This document shows positions 46,116 through 53,928 of a stretch of 53,928 bases of DNA, piece by piece. A program made the position numbers and the translations under genes. Position 1 is the first letter of the stretch, and each line of letters starts with the position of its first letter. Under the pieces are notes generated by a model. It was not told the DNA's origin and searched no databases. It saw nothing but the letters and a program-made list of their open reading frames with translations. The stretch is from a virus (lineage: Duplodnaviria; Caudoviricetes): the IMG/VR virus record IMGVR_UViG_3300029309_000058, positions 1 to 53,928 of that record. The stretch is one strand, 5' to 3'.

Positions 46116-48520
46116 TGGGATCAGTAAAACTAACAAAGTTTCTAGGGGAAGCTCCGAAAGTATCTTCGGAGCTACTTCCTGACGGAGCTGCTCAAAATGC
46201 TTTTAATGTTAAGTTGTATTCTGGTGATCTTATACCTTATAGGACTCCAAAGCTTATTGAGAATGTCGGGCGAACGGGTACAATTCAGACACTATATAAA
46301 CTTACTAATCCTGATAACGGTAACAATGTTTTTCTTACTTACTTAAATGATGTAGATATTGCTACAGCATCTGCTCCTTGGACTACCACTTCTAACACAG
46401 AAGATACTGAACAACGATTTTATTATACAGGCGATGGTACACCCAAAGTATCTAATTACGATTTATCTACTAACGGAAGTGCTCCATATCCTGTAACCAA
46501 CGGTTACTACGACCTTGGTTTACCATTACCTGAAACAACTCCAACAGCTACTGCTATAACATTTAATGTTGTAAGTTCGACACACTATGAGCGAGATAGT
46601 GGTAACACTGCAACATTTTACGGAGGAGCATCTCACCACTTACGCTCAGGTAATATTGTATCAGTTAGAGATTTTGGTACTTCAGATGAAGCTAAGTCTT
46701 TTAATGCCACAAACGTAGAAGTTACTGTTCTTAACTCTACTGATTTTACATATTTTAGCCCCGGTGATCAGGTTGCAAAAACAGGAAATACAACTGGTCG
46801 TTCTGAACTTGCGGGTAATACACAGATTAGAACATATGTTTATACATGGGTTACACCTTGGGATGAAGAAGCTATACCATCTCTACCATCAAACGAGGTA
46901 TATATTAAAGAAGGTCAAACTGTAAATGTAACTAATTTACCTACTGCAAAACCTTCTGTGCCTGCACAAAATTTTATACGGGGTATACGGTTATATCGAA
47001 CTGTTGTTTCTTCAGCAGCAACAGAATATTTTTTATTGGCTACTCTGTGGTTTCCGACAGCTACTACTAAAGTAAAACGAGTTGGTAGTGTAGTTACGTT
47101 AACCTTAGCAGAACCGCATAATTTTATTGTGGATGATAGGTTTAAGCTATCTGGCATGACTACAGATAGTGGTAGTATGAATGGTGAATTTTCTGTAGCT
47201 TCTATTGTTGATAAATATTCATTTACGTTTTCTGATAGCGGTAATGCCATTAGTGAAACTGCTGATACTAACGGTACTGTATTCCATGATGTTTCTGAAA
47301 ATTTAGATTTAGTTGCTAGATATTGGGGTGATGGAGGTAGTTTTACTTTTACAGATGATTTTCTTGTGTCAGGTTTATCTAGGATATTAGACTCTGAAGA
47401 TAATGACCCACCACCTTCCGGTATGAAAGGAATTCGTGCAGCACACAACAATATTCTTATTGGGTTTTTTGATAACCAGTTATGTTTTTCTTTTCCTGAT
47501 AAACCACATGCTTGGCCAGAACGTTTTAGATTAACTTTTGATTCTGACATTGTATCAATAGAACCTATACAAGGTTTTATTCTTGTTCTTACAAAAGAGT
47601 ATCCATATCAAGTATCAGGTAATGATCCTGCTACTATGGTGTCTGCTCGTATTGATACGTTATACCCATGCTTATCTAAAAAATCTGTTGTTAATATGGG
47701 TTATGGAGTTTTATGGGCTACACACGGCGGTCTTGCTAGTTATGCACCTTCAGCTGGTATTGACCTTGTAACAAAACTTATTCACGATTGGGATACTTGG
47801 AATGAAGAACTCAACCCTTCTACTCTTATTGGTCATTACTATAACGGCAAGTATTTTGGTTCTCACTCTAGTGAATCATTTATCTATGAACGAGATGATA
47901 AAGTAGGCGGATTTTTTGTAAGTGTAAACTATACTTTTTCAGCCGCTTGTACTGATTACCAAACAGGTATTATGTATTACATTGGTGATAATCAAGGTAA
48001 TCTTTATGAGTGGGATAATAAACAACAAGTGCTTTCTCCATTAGAATGGAAGTCAAAAACTATTGTAACTAAAGATTTTATGAATCTTGGTGCTGCTAGA
48101 GTTATTGCAGATTTTGAAACACCTAATGCTGAAGCTGAAAATATACAAGCTTTTAATAATACATTACCTGCTTTTAATAATGGTGTATGGTCTAAAAGTA
48201 TCCAACTAGGTACAATTAATGGGCCTACAGACTATACAGATGCAGGTACAGCTGTAAATAATATTGGTACTTTAAATGCTTATCCTATTAATGCCGATGG
48301 ACAAACTAGATTCCCACTAGATGTAACAGGTGTACTACCAGTTACTTTCAAATTGTTTGTTGATAAGCAGTTGATCTTTCAAGGAACAGTAAGTTCTGAC
48401 GAAGTATTTAGATTGCCAAGCGGGTATAGAAGTGATACATTTGAAGTCGGGGTATCCGGTTCGTCAAGAATACGGGCGATACATATAGGTGAGACCCCAT
48501 ATGGATTGAGGACAGCATGA
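46115..48520 (+). CDS. Tail nozzle / DNA-stabilisation protein
   Basis: 801 aa beta-rich; YVYTWV, IRLYRT, FS.P..PHAWP, WKSK, FRLPSG. Confidence 0.65.
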   Translation: MGSVKLTKFLGEAPKVSSELLPDGAAQNAFNVKLYSGDLIPYRTPKLIENVGRTGTIQTLYKLTNPDNGNNVFLTYLNDVDIATASAPWTTTSNTEDTEQRFYYTGDGTPKVSNYDLSTNGSAPYPVTNGYYDLGLPLPETTPTATAITFNVVSSTHYERDSGNTATFYGGASHHLRSGNIVSVRDFGTSDEAKSFNATNVEVTVLNSTDFTYFSPGDQVAKTGNTTGRSELAGNTQIRTYVYTWVTPWDEEAIPSLPSNEVYIKEGQTVNVTNLPTAKPSVPAQNFIRGIRLYRTVVSSAATEYFLLATLWFPTATTKVKRVGSVVTLTLAEPHNFIVDDRFKLSGMTTDSGSMNGEFSVASIVDKYSFTFSDSGNAISETADTNGTVFHDVSENLDLVARYWGDGGSFTFTDDFLVSGLSRILDSEDNDPPPSGMKGIRAAHNNILIGFFDNQLCFSFPDKPHAWPERFRLTFDSDIVSIEPIQGFILVLTKEYPYQVSGNDPATMVSARIDTLYPCLSKKSVVNMGYGVLWATHGGLASYAPSAGIDLVTKLIHDWDTWNEELNPSTLIGHYYNGKYFGSHSSESFIYERDDKVGGFFVSVNYTFSAACTDYQTGIMYYIGDNQGNLYEWDNKQQVLSPLEWKSKTIVTKDFMNLGAARVIADFETPNAEAENIQAFNNTLPAFNNGVWSKSIQLGTINGPTDYTDAGTAVNNIGTLNAYPINADGQTRFPLDVTGVLPVTFKLFVDKQLIFQGTVSSDEVFRLPSGYRSDTFEVGVSGSSRIRAIHIGETPYGLRTA

Positions 48521-48876
48521 GCATAGCTAACAGGTTTACAAGTGTACCAGCAGTACCACAAGGGGGTTTTACAGATTACCAAACTGTACTTATTGGTGCA
48601 GTAAAAGAAAATGTAGAATTGTTAACTGGACTTCGTGGTGAAGTTGACACCGTAAGTAAAGCTGTAACTCAAGGTCAAGTAACAGTAAATGAAATGGGCC
48701 AACAAAAAATGCAGCAAGTGTCTGCAAAAGGCGCAGGATTTACAATAAGTAGTCAAGACGTAGCAGCATTAGATGATGTAGAAAAACTTATTCTTGATGT
48801 ACAGACGCTAGCTGGCGATGTAGCTGAAATACGAGCTACACTTAATTTTTTAATTAAACAACTGAAAGGACGGTAA
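48517..48876 (+). CDS. Structural hypothetical protein
   Basis: ATGA overlap; KENVE.LTG.RG; coiled coil. Confidence 0.65.
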   Translation: MSIANRFTSVPAVPQGGFTDYQTVLIGAVKENVELLTGLRGEVDTVSKAVTQGQVTVNEMGQQKMQQVSAKGAGFTISSQDVAALDDVEKLILDVQTLAGDVAEIRATLNFLIKQLKGR

Positions 48877-48878
48877 AC

Positions 48879-49706
48879 ATGGTAATGAAACCTATAACTG
48901 ATCCTATGATGCAAGCTCAAGCTCCTGATTTGGTAAGTCCGGCTGTGCCTGACTCTGTGTCATTGGATTTACCACCAGCGATTGAAACACTAATAACAAT
49001 GCCTGCACCTCCCGTTTCACAGGGAGCGTTAGGTGAAATAGCTACAGGTGTGCAAGCAACTAATCCGCAGTATCCAGCTTTGGATTTTAGGATGCAGCCT
49101 ATGGTAATGCAAGATGGTGGTATGGTTCCAACTCCACCAGCAGGATTACAACCACAGATGCCACAAGGGCCTATGAACCCAGCTATGATGGATGGACAAA
49201 TAAACCAAACAATGTCACAAAATCCAGAAATGGTAGCTAGGATAAGAGCAGCTATTGAGGCAGGTATTCAATCAGGTGAGTTAGACGCTAATGAGCTTAA
49301 TACGATTATACAGCTTGCTAGAACAGTACAACAAAATCCAGCTATGTATCCTCAGATTCGACAAATGGCTATCCAACGAGGTATAATTCCAGCTGAAGAG
49401 ATTCCTGAGCAATATGATGAAGGATTAATTACTGCCATTATTATGGCGGCAAAAGCTATGGAAGCTGATGTACAGATTGAAGGTGCAGAAATGATGCAGC
49501 CACAGCCAACACAAATGATGAATGAAGGTGGTGTACTTGTTGGGCCATCACATGCACAAGGTGGAATACCAGTAAAAGTAGCTGGTGTTAATAATGCAGA
49601 GATGGAAGGCGGAGAATATGTCATCCCTAAAAATGTTGTGAAAGCAAAAGGTACAGAGTTTTTTGACAAGATGCTTAAACAATATGAAGAAGGTGGTGAG
49701 GTTTAA
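48879..49706 (+). CDS. Met/Pro/Gln-rich internal virion protein
   Basis: MQDGGMV, MNEGGVLVGPSHAQGGI, EGGEYVI, YEEGGEV. Confidence 0.65.
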   Translation: MVMKPITDPMMQAQAPDLVSPAVPDSVSLDLPPAIETLITMPAPPVSQGALGEIATGVQATNPQYPALDFRMQPMVMQDGGMVPTPPAGLQPQMPQGPMNPAMMDGQINQTMSQNPEMVARIRAAIEAGIQSGELDANELNTIIQLARTVQQNPAMYPQIRQMAIQRGIIPAEEIPEQYDEGLITAIIMAAKAMEADVQIEGAEMMQPQPTQMMNEGGVLVGPSHAQGGIPVKVAGVNNAEMEGGEYVIPKNVVKAKGTEFFDKMLKQYEEGGEV

Positions 49707-50188
49707 TGACGTTACAAGTAGTGCAACAAGAACAAGAACAAAAACAATACAACGCTCAGCTATTATCTACTAAAGAGTTGTATGATAAATACTGGGGGGC
49801 ATGTATCCCACTGTTTCAAGAGTGTGTTGACAGAGCCATGCACGGTGAAATGACTGTAGAAGATATATATGATCGTGGTCTCAAAGGTCAGATATATGTT
49901 ATTGCAGTTAAAAACGATGATGGTGACGTACCAGATGTAAAGTTGGTAATAGCACTAGAACTTGTTTACTATCCTCAATTTACTGCTATGAATGTATTAG
50001 CTTTAGGCGGAAAAGATTTACGCCATAATATGAAAAGATTTTGGAAGCAGGTCTGTGGTTGGGCACAGATTTGTGGAGTTACTAAAATAGAATGCTTAGT
50101 CGCACCAGCTATGGAAAAGATATTGCAGGCACAGGGCTTTGAACGAAAGTATTCACTACTAAGACAGGATTTAACGAAGGAGGTCTAA
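49706..50188 (+). CDS. GNAT-like small protein preceding the ejection genes
   Basis: Alpha/beta pattern LALGG...WA...G..KIE...IL..GF; position. Confidence 0.45.
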   Translation: MTLQVVQQEQEQKQYNAQLLSTKELYDKYWGACIPLFQECVDRAMHGEMTVEDIYDRGLKGQIYVIAVKNDDGDVPDVKLVIALELVYYPQFTAMNVLALGGKDLRHNMKRFWKQVCGWAQICGVTKIECLVAPAMEKILQAQGFERKYSLLRQDLTKEV

Positions 50189-51565
50189 ATGCAAACTATA
50201 ATCAATCCTTTAGTAGTTTCGGTAGGCCCTACTAGCGAGGCTACTATTACTCCCGTTCCTATGACACATCATGGTGGCGGAGTTAAAAAAGTAATTGCTG
50301 TTGTTGCAGCAATTGCCATTCCTATTGCTGCTCCCGTAATTGCAAGTTCTATTGCAGCGTCAGGTGTTTTAGGTGCAGCAGTATCTACAGCTATGGCTAG
50401 CACAGCTGGAGCTGTTGTCAGTTCAGCGATTGTTGGTGCAGGACTTGGTGCTATTACAGCTAAAGTTACAGGCGGTAATGTAAAAGCAGGTGCTATCTCA
50501 GGACTTATCGGAGGTGGTATCGGTGGTTACACAGCGGCTGCTAAACCGGGAATGTTTGGTAACCCAGCGGCTCAACCAACAACAACGGCTACTTCTAGTG
50601 GTCTACCACAGGTACAAAATGCAAGTTTAAACACAACAACTGGCGGTACAACGGGCACTACGCTATCAAACACTAGCGGTGCACAGCTTCAAAATGCAAG
50701 TTTTGCTGGTGCTAAAAATGTAGCAGATGCAGGAGTTACACTATCTAATCAGACAAGTAATGTAAGTTTTGTAGATAGTATGAAGGCAGGCTTGAGTGAT
50801 GCTGGCGGTAAAGTATTAGACAGGCTTACTAATCCAGAAACACTAGCTAATGCTGCGCTTCAAGTTGGTGGTGCTATAGCTGCAGAAGCTATTGTTGGTA
50901 CTCCACCAGCTCAAACTGCTGAAGAAGCAGCGGCTATCGAGCAATATAAAGCAGAGCTAGAAACTCTTAAACAAAGAGATGAAGCAGCGTTTAATCAGAA
51001 ACTAGATGCAGCTAAACAATATATGGTGCAGGCTGGATATTATGATCCAAACTATTTTGGTCTACAGTCAGCTAACCGAGCTGCCATTGCAGAAGGACGT
51101 AAACTACGAGAGTTTGAACGTAAAGCAGGTTTGACTATGGGTGGTACATCTGCAGGTGAACGTAGACGAGCAGCACTAGCAGGTGGCGCAAACGTACAAT
51201 CTGCATTTGATAGAGGTTTCTTATCAGGTGTTGATCTTCAAAACAGAGCTATGAGTACGGGTGTTGGGCTTATTCCTAATGCTCCTACATCTGGAGCGAC
51301 TGGTGCTTACAACTTAGCTGCGCTAGCACAAAATCAAGGTAATGCTGAACGATCAGCAGCTGATGCTAAGAAAAGCAATATCCAAAAATTCTTTGGTTCA
51401 TTTGCTACGCAAACAGGTTTGACTGATGCTGAGAAAAAGAAACGAGCACAGCTAAGCGGTGGTCTTGATACAAGCGGTATTGATAATGCTCTTGGTAAAA
51501 AAGATGACCCGTTTGTAATTGATCCTAATAAGAAAAAAGACGAACCGATGCAGCAGTACATATAG
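50189..51565 (+). CDS. Internal virion (ejection/pilot) protein
   Basis: Long Gly/Ala hydrophobic N-region followed by a Q/A/N helical region. Confidence 0.65.
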   Translation: MQTIINPLVVSVGPTSEATITPVPMTHHGGGVKKVIAVVAAIAIPIAAPVIASSIAASGVLGAAVSTAMASTAGAVVSSAIVGAGLGAITAKVTGGNVKAGAISGLIGGGIGGYTAAAKPGMFGNPAAQPTTTATSSGLPQVQNASLNTTTGGTTGTTLSNTSGAQLQNASFAGAKNVADAGVTLSNQTSNVSFVDSMKAGLSDAGGKVLDRLTNPETLANAALQVGGAIAAEAIVGTPPAQTAEEAAAIEQYKAELETLKQRDEAAFNQKLDAAKQYMVQAGYYDPNYFGLQSANRAAIAEGRKLREFERKAGLTMGGTSAGERRRAALAGGANVQSAFDRGFLSGVDLQNRAMSTGVGLIPNAPTSGATGAYNLAALAQNQGNAERSAADAKKSNIQKFFGSFATQTGLTDAEKKKRAQLSGGLDTSGIDNALGKKDDPFVIDPNKKKDEPMQQYI

Positions 51566-51574
51566 GAGTCTAGG

Positions 51575-53928
51575 ATGGTATTAGGACTCATTGGAAACAT
51601 AGCAGGAAACCTAGATCAAGACGCATTTGTCGCTGGTGCAGAAAACGAAAGTAAACTGCAGGCACTACAGCGAGCAAATCAAAACCGTATTAATCGGGAT
51701 TTCTTTCGTGATCAACAAGGTGGGCCTCCGGCTATACCTATGCCTACTGCTTTAAATCAAGGTTCGGCAGGTCTGAGCCTAGATGGTTTTGGTGGTAATT
51801 ATATTACTGTACCTCCACCTGTTGTAGAAAAGAAACCTGAAGTAGTAGTACCAGAGTCTAAAGCTATTATACCTCCGGGCCAAGATGATGGTAGCGGAGA
51901 CTCATTCTTTGATGGTGAAGAGGGTGATGGTACAGGCGAAGATCAAATTACTTCTGATACAGGTGATACAGCAAGTAATCAACTATCTGTTCCTGACTTT
52001 GATCCTAATAAAGAATTAGGTTTTGATAAGATTGGACAGTCAGGTGTTACTGACATAACTCAAGTTGATCCTGAGTCTTCAGCATTTGCACAAGATATTC
52101 AAAAGCTGTTTGCTAATGGTGACTTTCAAGCATTATTTAATAGATTAGGTGATCGTGCCGCTACAGGTTATGGTGACAGACTTGCAGGTTCTCCTGCTGG
52201 CAGTATCTATGGCTACTTTATGGATGATGCTGCTGAAGCTAAAGAAAGAAGTAAATCTAAAGAAGCATCTAAATGGTTTCGTACAGAAGAAGCTAAAAAT
52301 TATTTTCTTCAAAACCCTAACCAGTTAACTGCAGCTGCAGTTGATCCAACAGGTTGGTATCTAAAATTTAAAGAAGATGCTCCTAAACGTGAACAAATAC
52401 AAATCAACAGAGAATCTCCAGCTAAAGCTGACAAACGAGTTTCTGATTTAACTACTGATGATGTACTAACCAAAGCACTTGGTAACAAAAAAGTAGTGGA
52501 AGTTAGAAATATAGCCGCAGCAATAGGACTTAACCCTGACTTTGCTATGGCAATCATGGGTATGGAAAGTTCTTTTGGGACTGCTAAGGGCCTGACTTCT
52601 ACTAAAGGTGCTAAAGGTATTATGCAAGTTATGCCTGAGACCTTCGATCAAATGAAGGCATGGTATACAAATCCAGAAAACATTAAGAAATACAATATTC
52701 CTCAAGAAGTAGTTAACTTAGCTGCAGGTATGCAGAAAGGTAACATGCAAGGCCCAGAAGCTGGTCTGCTATATCTAAAATATGGACAATATATTGGTGT
52801 GCCTATGAACTTGCTTGCTGCAGGTTATCAAGGTGGTATGGAATCTGTTTTACAGCGAGGAACACCAACTACGGCTAATGATGGTTCACTTACCAACACT
52901 GACTACAACCGAGCTGTTATTGGTATCTACAATAAAATTTTAGAAAAGACAGGTGGTACAACGATTACCTCCACAAACAACAAGCCATTTAAGGAAAACC
53001 AAACTACTAGCGAAACTACTGGTAGTACAACCACTACTCAAAACAATAACTTAACAGCTGGTCTTATTACTGATGTACAGACAGATACGTCAGGTCAGTC
53101 AACAAATACTAGTAATAAAGCCGAAGCAAGCGGAGATGTCAGCAGTCTTAAAAATGTAGAGCAGAGTGCTGGTGTCGATGATGGTACAAAAGGAAAGCCA
53201 GAAGATAATATACCTGAAACTAAAGCAGAGCCTAAACCTCCTGCATTTTATCAAAAAGACCCATCTCAAACAGGATTTGAGCTTCGTAACTTTCTTGAAG
53301 AGCGAGAGCTAATTATTAATCAAACTAACCAAACTGTTAATATTCTTGCACAGAGGTCAGATTACTTTAGACGACTTGCAGAAGTATCTCGAATCGGTGG
53401 TACTGATGAAACTTCTTATAATGATTTAATGAAACAATCTACTGAGCTTATGGCAAAAGCTACCGATGCTCGTAACAAAGGTGCACTTGAAGCTAAGAAG
53501 GCTGAGAATAAAATTATGTACTTACAGGGTATGCAAGCGTTGTCAGACCTTACTAAAGGTAGTGTAGACAGAGCTGCTATGGTGTGGTCACAGTATTCAG
53601 GATTAGATATTCGTATCAATCCACGATCTGATGGTAAGTATGATGTTACAATCGGTGGTAAACCATATAAAACTATGGATTCAAAAACTCTTAGTAACAC
53701 ACTACAGCTAGCTTTTGACCAAGGGTATAGAGGATCACAAGCTACGCTTAGAGGTGAACTAGCTATGCTAGATTATAAGAGCACTCTTGCTATTGTTGAA
53801 CAACAGTATAAAGACAATGCTGCTAATTACAGAGAAAGACTCAAAGCACAGTTTGATCTACTAAAAGAAAAATATAAAGCAGACAACACCGTTAAAATAC
53901 AACAGACTGGCGATGGCGGAATTGTTAT
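51575..53928 (+). CDS. Internal virion protein with lytic transglycosylase (SLT) domain; runs off the window and ends at 836 (~828 aa)
   Basis: Absent from the track (no stop); AIMGMESS, GAKGIMQVMPET, AAGYQGG SLT motifs at ~52500-52850. Confidence 0.85.
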   Translation, partial: MVLGLIGNIAGNLDQDAFVAGAENESKLQALQRANQNRINRDFFRDQQGGPPAIPMPTALNQGSAGLSLDGFGGNYITVPPPVVEKKPEVVVPESKAIIPPGQDDGSGDSFFDGEEGDGTGEDQITSDTGDTASNQLSVPDFDPNKELGFDKIGQSGVTDITQVDPESSAFAQDIQKLFANGDFQALFNRLGDRAATGYGDRLAGSPAGSIYGYFMDDAAEAKERSKSKEASKWFRTEEAKNYFLQNPNQLTAAAVDPTGWYLKFKEDAPKREQIQINRESPAKADKRVSDLTTDDVLTKALGNKKVVEVRNIAAAIGLNPDFAMAIMGMESSFGTAKGLTSTKGAKGIMQVMPETFDQMKAWYTNPENIKKYNIPQEVVNLAAGMQKGNMQGPEAGLLYLKYGQYIGVPMNLLAAGYQGGMESVLQRGTPTTANDGSLTNTDYNRAVIGIYNKILEKTGGTTITSTNNKPFKENQTTSETTGSTTTTQNNNLTAGLITDVQTDTSGQSTNTSNKAEASGDVSSLKNVEQSAGVDDGTKGKPEDNIPETKAEPKPPAFYQKDPSQTGFELRNFLEERELIINQTNQTVNILAQRSDYFRRLAEVSRIGGTDETSYNDLMKQSTELMAKATDARNKGALEAKKAENKIMYLQGMQALSDLTKGSVDRAAMVWSQYSGLDIRINPRSDGKYDVTIGGKPYKTMDSKTLSNTLQLAFDQGYRGSQATLRGELAMLDYKSTLAIVEQQYKDNAANYRERLKAQFDLLKEKYKADNTVKIQQTGDGGIV
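53226..53928. repeat. Terminal overlap copy B (allelic to 1-703)
   Basis: Colinear 703-nt match with a divergent core. Confidence 0.95.

Noticed and set aside
46915-47550. Long antisense ORFs (this 211-aa one, 29480-29908, 22783-23223 and others)
   Set aside because: Shadows of well-supported genes; no RBS or protein-like features
1-53928. Alternative genetic code, tRNAs, introns or inteins
   Set aside because: Core genes are intact and of normal length in code 11; no cloverleaf or splicing motifs recognised by eye

Overview
This is an essentially complete, circularly permuted genome of a tailed dsDNA phage, probably a marine podovirus-like one; the unit length is about 53,225 bp. Bases 1-703 and 53226-53928 are two alleles of the same locus. 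A leftward block (9.4-27.7 kb) holds early and replication genes: AEP primase-DUF927 helicase, HTH regulator, SSB, SNF2 helicase, VRR-NUC, Cas4-like nuclease, family A polymerase, HslV-like Ntn protein, MoxR AAA+ with a VWA-metallopeptidase, and small ORFs. A rightward block (27.9 kb through the junction to 9.4 kb) holds terminase, portal, scaffold, capsid, tail, two fibres, holin/GH108 lysin and ejection proteins, including an SLT protein and a 2846-aa giant. I saw no integrase, tRNA, CRISPR array or RT. The most notable unannotated signals are: (1) a self-contained ~58-nt sRNA locus after terL with its own promoter and terminator, antisense to a GAGGTAACTATG translation-start motif shared by many leftward genes and to an early terminator loop; (2) an 80-aa gene with its own RBS nested in the +1 frame of the giant virion gene; (3) duplicated early promoter-leader-gene cassettes flanking an iteron-like region; (4) genome-wide avoidance of CCWGG and GGWCC. 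All calls come from reading motifs by eye; no searches were run.
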